A stretch of DNA of 64,000 bases from the NCBI GenBank assembly GCA_965199855.1, contig OZ241326.1:2720001-2784000 (forward strand), given 5' to 3'. The notes under the pieces are model-generated. The model did not search any database, was not told the origin of the DNA, and saw nothing but the letters and a program-made list of their open reading frames with translations. The position numbers and the translations under genes were made by a program. The number at the start of each line of letters is the position of its first letter. The stretch's first letter is position 1. The stretch is from a bacterium. Its GTDB lineage: Bacteria > UBA8248. Positions 9,841 through 17,989 of the stretch are shown piece by piece.

Positions 9841-10749
9841 TCATCGCGCCGCCACCTTTTTCCATTCAGGAATGAGGTTGTATTTTCGCTTTCCGCCCGC
9901 GCCCGCGCGAATCGCCTCCGCCGCCATGCGAAGATAGGACGGCTCGATGTCGTATCCCACGCATCGCCGCTTTTCCCGCAAGGCGGCGATGGCGGTTTGG
10001 CCGCTCCCCAGAAAAGGATCGAGAATCTCATCATCTTCCTGCGAGTAGAGAAGGACGAGACGGCGGACAAGCTCCTCGGGGTATGGGCATGGGTGATCGA
10101 TAGTTCGAGGCGGCACGGGCGCGATGTGCCACACGTTGTTCGCGATGTCGCGCGTGAAGAGCTCGTCTATTTCAAGGGTCTGCTTCTTCCCGCGCCTCGG
10201 CGCGCCCGGCTTGCGGAACACGAGGATGTATTCCGTCATGATGTTGGGGTAGTAGTAGCCGGCCTTGGGGCGCTGAATGAAGCTGCCCGCCCGCTTCACG
10301 CCGCCCGTCACCTTGTTCCAGATGATGTCCTGGTGAAAATCCCATCCGATATCCAGCAGGCGGCTCGTGATCATCATGGGAACGGGGTAGTGCCGTCTTT
10401 TGTATAGAATCGTGCCGACTACGACGGCGCAGAACCCGCCGGGCAGGGTTGCTCTGTGAACTTCCCTGAACGCCCGTTGGATGTTGTCGAGATAATCCTC
10501 GAACGTTCTCCCGAACGCCCCGTATTCGCGCTCCCGATGCCACGCCTCCTTGTCTCCGTTCGCGTGGATGTCGTAGTCGATGGCGTTCCAGTAGGGCGGC
10601 GAGGTGACGGTGAGGGCGATGGAATCATCGGCGCATTCGGGCATTTCGAGAGAGGAATGGCAGTAGAAGCGGTAGCCTTCTCCCTCCAAGCCTGCTTCGT
10701 ATCCGGGAGACCGCGCCAACGCCCTCCCCGTTCCGTTTGTCTCGCTCAT
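9841..10749 (-). CDS. Site-specific amino-DNA methyltransferase (beta arrangement), orphan
   Basis: Motif IV TSPPYW precedes HPCPYPEEL and motif I LDPFLGSG. Confidence 0.88.
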   Translation of the reverse strand: MSETNGTGRALARSPGYEAGLEGEGYRFYCHSSLEMPECADDSIALTVTSPPYWNAIDYDIHANGDKEAWHREREYGAFGRTFEDYLDNIQRAFREVHRATLPGGFCAVVVGTILYKRRHYPVPMMITSRLLDIGWDFHQDIIWNKVTGGVKRAGSFIQRPKAGYYYPNIMTEYILVFRKPGAPRRGKKQTLEIDELFTRDIANNVWHIAPVPPRTIDHPCPYPEELVRRLVLLYSQEDDEILDPFLGSGQTAIAALREKRRCVGYDIEPSYLRMAAEAIRAGAGGKRKYNLIPEWKKVAAR

Positions 10750-10918
10750 GCCATGCCCTCCCCATATTTAAGAAAAAATGTCATCCAAGGGCGGGATATA
10801 CATTTGCTTTCGGTGTCTTGCTTCCTCGGCATTGAGGAGACAAACCCATTTACAGATTCTTTGTCATGCCAGCTAAAATTCATTACGTATCGGGCTTCGA
10901 GCCGTTGCCGCGTCTCCC

Positions 10919-11830
10919 TCATCCGCCCCGGGCGGCGTGAAGGGATATGCCCCGCTCCCCCCTGCCCCGAAACTCGTTGTAGAGCTTCATCACCGCCTGC
11001 TCCACGCGGTCGGGCTTCATCCAGCCCGCATACGCTCCCAGGGGAATCTCGCGCGCGGCGCGGCGGGCGGGCGTCCCCCTCTCGAAGCGCTTCTTCGCCT
11101 CCCGGCGCACCAGCCGGAGGTAGCCCAGGGTTTCCCGAAGCGCCCGCGCGTCCCCCGGCGGCCCATGGCCGGGGACGATCGTCTCGATGGGGAAGGTTCT
11201 CAGGATTTTCCCGGCGATTCGTATCCACCCGCCGACGTGGCCGTCAAAAGTGGCGGGCGTGACGAGGTGAAAGCAGACGTCGCCCGTGAAGAGAACGCGC
11301 TCCTTCGGCAGCCAGACGAGGGTGTCGCCCGCCGAGTGCGCGTGGCCCAGGTGATGGAGCTCGACGGCGCGCCGGCCCAGGTGGAGCGTCATGCCGCCCT
11401 CATAGACGACGTCGGGGAGGCGCTGCTTCAGCCCCTTGAGTTCATCCGCGTATTCGGGGTTCACGCTCCGGTAATGCGCGAGGTCGAGGCCCGTCTCCAG
11501 CATCCGCTCGCGCGTCCGGCGGTGGGCGATGACGGGGACGTCCCGGTCGAACCAGACGAGGCCCAGGGTGTGATCCGCGTGGTGGTGGGTGCAGACGATT
11601 CTTCGCACCGGCTTTCGCGTCGCCTTCTGAATCGCGCGCTGGAAGGCCCGCGTCATGGAGGGCGCGTAGAGCGCATCGACCACGAGGGCGTCCCGGTCGC
11701 CCACGACCAGCCCCGCGTTCGAGACGTTCAGCCCGCCCGCCTGAACGTAGGCATAGACGCCGGGGGCGACGCGCCGCAGCCCCGTTTTCCACCTGGAAGG
11801 CATTTGACGATCCGCCCGGGCCATCTCCAT
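10919..11830 (-). CDS. MBL-fold metallo-hydrolase (cyclase-like)
   Basis: SNAGLV, THHHADH, HSAGD, FTGD, VPGHG. Confidence 0.88.
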   Translation of the reverse strand: MEMARADRQMPSRWKTGLRRVAPGVYAYVQAGGLNVSNAGLVVGDRDALVVDALYAPSMTRAFQRAIQKATRKPVRRIVCTHHHADHTLGLVWFDRDVPVIAHRRTRERMLETGLDLAHYRSVNPEYADELKGLKQRLPDVVYEGGMTLHLGRRAVELHHLGHAHSAGDTLVWLPKERVLFTGDVCFHLVTPATFDGHVGGWIRIAGKILRTFPIETIVPGHGPPGDARALRETLGYLRLVRREAKKRFERGTPARRAAREIPLGAYAGWMKPDRVEQAVMKLYNEFRGRGERGISLHAARGG

Positions 11831-11967
11831 CTCCTCTCTCGCCTCCGGTTTCTCATTCTACGCCCTTGCGCGCGATTGACCAGCCCCCGCCGGACGGCAT
11901 CGGGGCGCGCGCGAGGCGCGCTTCACGGATGCTCAGGGAATTTTCACGCGACGGGAAGGATGCGTCG

Positions 11968-12168
11968 ATGCGCCTGTCGTTCGATCACGCGCGCGTCATC
12001 CGCGAGGATAAGGAGAGAATGATCGCCTGGTTCGGGGACGTCTTCGGCGGCGAGGCAGTCTGTCGGGAGGAGAATTTTCATGCCCCCGGCGTCAAGGCCC
12101 GGGACGGGAGCGCCAAAGGCCTTAGACCTGCCTGTGGCCATACCTCGCGGGCAAGCCGTTTCCGTTGA
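11968..12168 (+). pseudogene. Possible VOC/glyoxalase N-terminal fragment
   Basis: MRLSFDHARVIREDKERMIAWFGDVFGG resembles a VOC start, then runs into the convergent gene end. Confidence 0.35.
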
Positions 12169-13273
12169 ATTCGACCTGATCGCTCGCGCGAAGATCGCCC
12201 GCGATGAATTCGTCGATCATCTGGCGCGAGACGGAATCGGGCATCTGCGCCGGCGGGTGCTTCATCAGGTAGGCGCTCACGGGATAGAGCGGCCCCGCCT
12301 CGCCCCGATCGCGCGCGATGCGCGCCAGGCGAATGGCGTCGATGACGACGCCGCCCGAGTTGGGCGAGTCCTCCACCGAGAGGCGCGCCTCGATTTCGAG
12401 CGGCACCCCGCCGAAGCCCTCCGCCTCGATTCTCAGGAAGCATATCTTGTTGTCTTCCTGCCACGGCACGTAGTCGGACGGGCCGATGTGGATGTCGTCC
12501 GCGTCCAGGGGTTCGGGCAGCTGGCTCTGGACGGCGTCGGTTTTGGAGATTTTTTTGGATTTCAGGCGCGAGCGCTCCAGCATGTTCAAAAAATCGGTGT
12601 TCCCGCCCGTGTTCAGCTGGTAGGTGCGCTTGATCTTGACGCCCCGGTCCGCGCACAGCCGCGCGAGGGCGCGGTGGAGGATGGTGGCGCCGAGCTGGGC
12701 CTTCACGTCGTCGCCCACTACCGGAATCCCCGCCTCGGTGAAGCGGGCCGCCATGTCCGGCTTCGAGACGATGAAGACCGGCATGCAGTTGATGAGGGAG
12801 ACGCCCGCCTCCAGCGCCGCCTCGGCGTAGTGGCGCGCCGCCCGCTCCGAACCCACCGGCATGAAGTTCAGGAGAATCTCCGCGCCGCTCTCGCGCAGTT
12901 CGGCGGCCACGTCGCAGGGCTCGGCCTCGGCGGGCAGAAAGGAGCGGTCAGAAGGGTATTCCGCCATGTGGGGCGCCACCCCGTCCAGAATGGGGCCCAT
13001 GCGCACGCTCACCCCGTAGTCGGGCAGGTCCTGCCAGATGGTCTTCGTGCAGTTGGGACGGGCGAAGGCCGCGGCGTGAAGCGGCTGGCCGACCTTGCGG
13101 ACGTCGACGTCGAAAGCCGCGGCCACCTGCACGTCCTCCGGCGCGTAGCCGCCCAGGCTGCGGTGCATGAGGCCCAGCTCCTCCTCCGGATGATGGCGGT
13201 AATGCTCGATGCCCTGGAGCAGGGAGCTCGCGCAGTTGCCCACGCCGGCGATGGCGATGCGAATGGGGGACAT
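12122..13273 (-). CDS. ino1: Inositol-3-phosphate (myo-inositol-1-phosphate) synthase
   Basis: IAIAGVGNCASS, GDDVKAQLGAT, QLNTGGNTDFLN, EDSPNSGG. Confidence 0.92.
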   Translation of the reverse strand: MSPIRIAIAGVGNCASSLLQGIEHYRHHPEEELGLMHRSLGGYAPEDVQVAAAFDVDVRKVGQPLHAAAFARPNCTKTIWQDLPDYGVSVRMGPILDGVAPHMAEYPSDRSFLPAEAEPCDVAAELRESGAEILLNFMPVGSERAARHYAEAALEAGVSLINCMPVFIVSKPDMAARFTEAGIPVVGDDVKAQLGATILHRALARLCADRGVKIKRTYQLNTGGNTDFLNMLERSRLKSKKISKTDAVQSQLPEPLDADDIHIGPSDYVPWQEDNKICFLRIEAEGFGGVPLEIEARLSVEDSPNSGGVVIDAIRLARIARDRGEAGPLYPVSAYLMKHPPAQMPDSVSRQMIDEFIAGDLRASDQVEFNGNGLPARYGHRQV

Positions 13274-13490
13274 AACCGGGTTTCCTTTCTTGCCCTGCCG
13301 CCGCGCGCGCCCGAGGGACGCCTTCGGGATCGAAGTCCTCCGCCGGGGCTTCGTTCGTCGGCGACGCTCATGCGGATTCAAAGGCTCATCGATTCGCTGC
13401 GAACAGCCGCTTCCACAGAGAGGCGACTATATCCCAAAACGCGCGTCTTCTCCAAGAGGGAGAGAGAAAGCGAGCCCAGGCCGCCCGAAG

Positions 13491-14489
13491 CTAATAGAGC
13501 AGGCAGCGGACGAAGTGGCCGGGGGAGACCTCCTTCAGCTCCGGTTCGTGCTCCAGGCACATCGCCTTCGCCTCCGGGCAGCGCGGGTTGAAGCTGCATC
13601 CCGTCGGCAGGCGGTTCAGGCTCGGCACGATGCCCTTGATCTCCTCCAGGCGAACCCGCTCGCCGGGCTTGTCGGTGTTGAGCTTCGGTATCGAGTTGAG
13701 CAGCCCCCGGGTGTAGGGATGGAGCGGATTCCCGAAAATCTCCTCCGTCGGCGCCTCCTCGACCACCTTCCCCGCATACATCACCACGACGCGCCTGCAG
13801 GTCTCGGCCACGAGGCCCAGATCGTGCGTGATGAGGATGACCGCGGTTCCCAGATCCTCCTGGAGCTTCACCATGAGATCGAGAATCTGCGCCTGAATGG
13901 TCACATCGAGCGCCGTGGTGGGCTCGTCCGCCAGCAGGATTTTCGGGTTGCACGAGAGCGCCATGGCGATCATCGCGCGCTGCCTCATGCCGCCCGAAAG
14001 CTGATGGGGATACTCCCTGACCCTCTGCCGCGGCAGGGGGATGCCCACGAGGTCGAGCATCTCGGCGGCCTTGTCCATCGCGTCCTTCTTCGTCATCCCC
14101 TGGTGGAGCATGACGGCCTCGGCGATCTGGAAGCCGACGGTGAACACCGGGTTCAGGCTCGTCATCGGCTCCTGGAAAATCATCGAGATGTGGTTGCCCC
14201 GAATCCCGCGCAGCTCCTTCGTGCCGAGCTTCGTCAGGTCGCGCCCCTCGAAGAAGATGCCGTCGCCGAATATCTCGCCCGGAGGCTCCGGGATGAGGCG
14301 AAGCACCGAGAGGGCCGTCACGGTCTTCCCGCACCCCGACTCGCCGACGACGCCGAGCGTCTCTCCCGCCTTGAGGCTGTAGCTCACGCCGTCGACGGCG
14401 CGCACCGTCCCCTCCGGCGTGTGGAAGTAGGTGTGCAGATTCCTCAGATCGAGAATCGTGTCGGTGCCGACGGCTGCGCCATTGGCCAT
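13491..14489 (-). CDS. Oligopeptide/dipeptide ABC transporter ATP-binding protein (DppD/OppD-like)
   Basis: [32 protein letters not shown]. Confidence 0.92.
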   Translation of the reverse strand: MANGAAVGTDTILDLRNLHTYFHTPEGTVRAVDGVSYSLKAGETLGVVGESGCGKTVTALSVLRLIPEPPGEIFGDGIFFEGRDLTKLGTKELRGIRGNHISMIFQEPMTSLNPVFTVGFQIAEAVMLHQGMTKKDAMDKAAEMLDLVGIPLPRQRVREYPHQLSGGMRQRAMIAMALSCNPKILLADEPTTALDVTIQAQILDLMVKLQEDLGTAVILITHDLGLVAETCRRVVVMYAGKVVEEAPTEEIFGNPLHPYTRGLLNSIPKLNTDKPGERVRLEEIKGIVPSLNRLPTGCSFNPRCPEAKAMCLEHEPELKEVSPGHFVRCLLY

Positions 14490-14661
14490 GAATCACCTCC
14501 GGGTTGCGGGCTCGCGCCCGAACGGGGAATCATCGGACGCCCGATTATAGAAAGGCGGAAGCGGAATTGTCCAGCCGGACGGGAAAACCTCCGCCAGGCG
14601 GCTCACATGCGCGACGCCGGGATTCCGGGCGGAATCCGGGCTTTCGGGCGATTCGCCGGTT

Positions 14662-14690
14662 TTGGATTCCGGCTTTCGCCGGAATGACGG
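14662..14690. repeat. Isolated REP-like palindrome (GTCATTCCGGCGAAAGCCGGAATCCA family)
   Basis: TGGATTCCGGCTTTCGCCGGAATGAC; same family recurs at 18.7-19.9 kb. Confidence 0.75.
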
Positions 14691-14734
14691 GTTTTGCGGC
14701 GGCGTTCGTCAGAGATGCCCCCCTCCCGAAGCTC

Positions 14735-15373
14735 TCAGGAGGCGACCGCCTCCCGTCCGTGGGGGCAGTCCCGCAGAAGGGGACAGTTCCCGCAGTCGGG
14801 CCTTCTCGCCGAGCAGCGGCTCCTTCCGTGATGAATCAGCAGCAGCGTCACGCGGCCCCACCACTTCTTCGGCGCCGCCTCCATGAGCTGAAACTCGGCC
14901 TTCACCGGATCCTTCGTGGATATCCAGCCCAGCCGGTTCGCCGTTCGCAGGACATGCGTGTCCACGGCGATGGCGGGCCGGCCCCAGACCTCGTTCAGGA
15001 CGACGTTGGCCGTCTTGCGGCCGACGCCGGGCAGGCTCGTCAAATCCTCCAGCGCGTCGGGAACCTCGCCGCCGAACTCCCCGGCGATGCGGCGGCAGCA
15101 CGCGCGGATGGCCTTCGCCTTCTGGCGGTAGTATCCGCAGGAGCGAATCAGCCGCTCGAGCTCGCCGGGGGCGGCCTCGGCGAACGAGGCGGCGTCCCCG
15201 TAGCGGGCGAAAAGCGCGGGCGTCACCCCGTTCACCCGCTCGTCCGTGCACTGGGCGGAGAGCATCGTCGCCACCAGCAGTTGGAGCGGGCTGCCGTAGC
15301 GAAGCGCGCAACGCGCGTCGGGGTAGGTATTCTCCAGGACGCGCAGAAGGCGCGCGACCGGGGACGCGGGCAT
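14735..15373 (-). CDS. nth: Endonuclease III
   Basis: LSAQCTD, HhH LPGVGRKTANVV, AVDTHV, C-terminal 4Fe-4S cysteine cluster. Confidence 0.92.
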   Translation of the reverse strand: MPASPVARLLRVLENTYPDARCALRYGSPLQLLVATMLSAQCTDERVNGVTPALFARYGDAASFAEAAPGELERLIRSCGYYRQKAKAIRACCRRIAGEFGGEVPDALEDLTSLPGVGRKTANVVLNEVWGRPAIAVDTHVLRTANRLGWISTKDPVKAEFQLMEAAPKKWWGRVTLLLIHHGRSRCSARRPDCGNCPLLRDCPHGREAVAS

Positions 15374-15542
15374 CCGACTCTCCTCTCCCCTGAAAAGCCC
15401 GGCTTCGGGAGGCGACTCCTTCTCCCGTTCGCCGCTGTCGGCCGGCCCTGGCCCCGCCTTCTTTTCAATAGCGGCGATTGCGGCTAGAATAGCGGACGAA
15501 ATCCACATCGCCTAACCGCGTCGGACGAAGGAGAGCGAACCG

Positions 15543-15782
15543 ATGGCCGAACCTCGCGTGGCCCAGAAATCGCCCTACATCTACAAGCCGGAGAAGGACG
15601 AGAAAGTCGCCTGGTGCGCGTGCGGGCTGAGCGAGTCGCAGCCCTTCTGCGACGGCTCCCACAAGGGTTCGAGCTTCCGCCCCGTCGTGCTCGACGTTCA
15701 GGCGGGCAAGACCTGCGCCTTCTGCGGCTGCAAGCGGACGGGCGGCGCGCCCATGTGCGACGGCACCCACGCGAAGCTCTAG
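15543..15782 (+). CDS. CDGSH iron-sulfur domain protein (two CDGSH motifs)
   Basis: WCACGLS..PFCDGSH and FCGCK..PMCDGTH. Confidence 0.92.
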   Translation: MAEPRVAQKSPYIYKPEKDEKVAWCACGLSESQPFCDGSHKGSSFRPVVLDVQAGKTCAFCGCKRTGGAPMCDGTHAKL

Positions 15783-15810
15783 GGGACGCGGCTTACACAA
15801 CCATGAGGAC

Positions 15811-15886
15811 GCGCGTGTAGCTCAGAGGATAGAGCGCCTGCCTCCGGAGCAGGAAGCCGCAGGTTCGACTCCTGCCACGCGCACCA
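15811..15886 (+). tRNA. tRNA-Arg(CCG)
   Basis: Acceptor stem GCGCGTG/CACGCGC, anticodon loop CTCCGGA, GTTCGA T-loop, 3' CCA. Confidence 0.95.
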
Positions 15887-16001
15887 GATAAAACCAGCGG
15901 GCCCGGGCCCGAGCGGGCGCGGGGGACGCGCCCACGCCCCTCCCGCGCCGCGCTTCCGGCTCCTGAAAGGACGCGCGGCGCCGGGCCGAGCGAGAAATCC
16001 C

Positions 16002-16910
16002 ATGTTCGGCGAATACATCGACAGCCACAACCACATGCACGCCCTCGCCTGGGACGACTGGGAGCTCCTCGGAACGACGGGAATGCGCGCGGCGGTGCTC
16101 TCCTGCGGCAACCCCCATCTTTACCGCGAGGTGTGGGAGGAGGCGCCGGGCTTCGACGACATCATGCGCTTCTGGGAGGGCCCCCTCCGGGCGGCGCGGG
16201 ATTTCGAGGCGGAGCACTTCATCCAGGTCCGGTGCGCCCTCGGCGTGAGCTCGATGACCCGGGTGCGGGACTGGGAGAAGCTGCTGGAGGAGCTTCCGGG
16301 CTTCCTCGACGACCCCCGCGTCGTCGCCCTGGGCGAGGTCGGCCTCGACCCCACGCAGTATTTCTCCCTCGCGTGGCCGATGGAGGAGCAGGCCGCCTGC
16401 CTGGAGGCGCAGGCGGAAATCGCCCAAAAGCGCGGCAAGCCCATCATCCTGCACACGCCCACTCCCAAGAAGAGCGGGGATTTTCTCGGAAAAGTCGCCG
16501 TTCGGGAGGACGCGCCGCCGCCCGGGAGCCTCCGCCTCCACTACCTCAGGAAAGACCTGGAAATCATCAACAGGGCGGGCTTCGACGAGAGCCGCGTCGC
16601 CGTGGATCATTCCGACGATACGACGATCCGGTACGTCCACGAGGAGACCCGCGCCGTCTGCGCCGTCAGCATCGGCAGCGCGCTTCGCCCGGTTCAGCCC
16701 GCCCAGGTGGTCGAGTGGGTGAAGACCTTCGGGCCCGACCGCATCATGCTGAACTCGGATCACCTGGGCTACCGGCCCATCGACATTCTCTCGATTCCCA
16801 AAACGCTGCGCGCCATGCGGAGCGCGGGGCTGCCGGAGGAGGCGATCCGCAAGGTCTCCTTCGGGAACGCGAAGCGGTTCTACGATCTCTCTCTGGGGAC
16901 GGACGATTGA
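16002..16910 (+). CDS. TatD-related metal-dependent hydrolase
   Basis: DSHNH, GEVGLD, ILHTP, DH, LNSD metal-ligand pattern. Confidence 0.78.
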   Translation: MFGEYIDSHNHMHALAWDDWELLGTTGMRAAVLSCGNPHLYREVWEEAPGFDDIMRFWEGPLRAARDFEAEHFIQVRCALGVSSMTRVRDWEKLLEELPGFLDDPRVVALGEVGLDPTQYFSLAWPMEEQAACLEAQAEIAQKRGKPIILHTPTPKKSGDFLGKVAVREDAPPPGSLRLHYLRKDLEIINRAGFDESRVAVDHSDDTTIRYVHEETRAVCAVSIGSALRPVQPAQVVEWVKTFGPDRIMLNSDHLGYRPIDILSIPKTLRAMRSAGLPEEAIRKVSFGNAKRFYDLSLGTDD

Positions 16911-17938
16911 GCGAAGCGGCGGATCCATTCGAGCATTTCTTCAATATGCCGTGGTCGGACGGGCTGCCCGTGGTCCCGCCCACCCCCGATCGCCTCGCCC
17001 GGATGCTGGGCGGAACGGGCAGGGCGCCGGGCGAGGCCCTGGGCGAGATTCCGCCCGCCATGAACCCGGCGACGGTGGAGAGCGCCGCCCTCCACGCGGT
17101 GATGGCGGGCTGCCGGCCGGAATACCTGCCCGTGGTCCTGGGCGCGGTCGAGGCCATGCTTGTGGAGTCCTTCAACCTCGCGGGCATCCAGGCCACCATG
17201 TTCACCGGCGGCCCCCTCCTCATCCTCAACGGGCCCTACGCGAAGCGAATCGGCGCGCACGGGGGGTCGGGCTGCTTCGGCCCCGGCTTTCGGGCGAACG
17301 CCGCCATCGGCCGGGCGCTGCGCCTCATCATGATGAACCTGGGCGGCGCCCTGCCGGGCGTCTCCGACATGAGCACCTTCGGCAGCCCTTCCAAGTTCAC
17401 CTACTGCGTCCGGGAGAACGAGGAGCGCAGCCCCTGGCCGCCGCTGCCGACCGACTTCGGCTTCGGGGCGGAGGAGGACGCGCTCACCGTCTGCAACGCC
17501 GAGGCGCCCCGCATGGCGATGGACGACGTGAGCGCGGCGCCCGAGGGCGTCCTCACCACCCTGGCGCACACGATGCGGACGATGGGCTCCACGACAGCGT
17601 ATACGCGGACGAACTGGGTGGTCGTCGTAGGTCCCGACCACGCGGACGTTCTCGCGCGCGGGGGGCTCGGCCGCGCCGACGTGAAGCGCGAGCTCTTCGA
17701 GCGGGCGCGAATGCCCCTGGGCGTCCTCAAGCAGGGCGGGCGCTATCGGGGCCCCGCCCTCTCGCGCTGGCCCGACTGGGTGGATCACGCGGACGACGAC
17801 TTTCCCGTCCCCATGGTTCACGCGCCCGAGGACATCCTGCTCATCGTCGCCGGAGGCGTTCCCGGCCCCTCCTGCCTCGTCATCCCCGGCTGGAACACGT
17901 CGAGCCAGGCCGTCACCCGCCGCTACCGGACGGACTGA
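16907..17938 (+). CDS. Conserved uncharacterised protein (WSDGLPVVPPT family)
   Basis: TTG start overlaps upstream TGA; motifs WSDGLPVVPPT, AVMAGC.PEY.PV, RANAAIGRALRL. Confidence 0.7.
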   Translation: MSEAADPFEHFFNMPWSDGLPVVPPTPDRLARMLGGTGRAPGEALGEIPPAMNPATVESAALHAVMAGCRPEYLPVVLGAVEAMLVESFNLAGIQATMFTGGPLLILNGPYAKRIGAHGGSGCFGPGFRANAAIGRALRLIMMNLGGALPGVSDMSTFGSPSKFTYCVRENEERSPWPPLPTDFGFGAEEDALTVCNAEAPRMAMDDVSAAPEGVLTTLAHTMRTMGSTTAYTRTNWVVVVGPDHADVLARGGLGRADVKRELFERARMPLGVLKQGGRYRGPALSRWPDWVDHADDDFPVPMVHAPEDILLIVAGGVPGPSCLVIPGWNTSSQAVTRRYRTD

Positions 17939-17967
17939 GGGAGCGCCGCGCCCCGCCAGGCGCTCCC
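17939..17967 (+). terminator. GC-rich hairpin just after stop codon
   Basis: GGGAGCGCC...GGCGCTCCC; no U-tract. Confidence 0.35.
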
Positions 17968-17989
17968 GTGAGGGCAAGCGCGATTCGCC

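Noticed and set aside
15811-15886. tRNA-Arg as an integration site
   Set aside because: No integrase next to it and no duplicated tRNA 3' end seen in the window
16908-16910. Second selenocysteine readthrough at the TatD-like stop
   Set aside because: Downstream gene is in a different frame and there is no Cys-motif context
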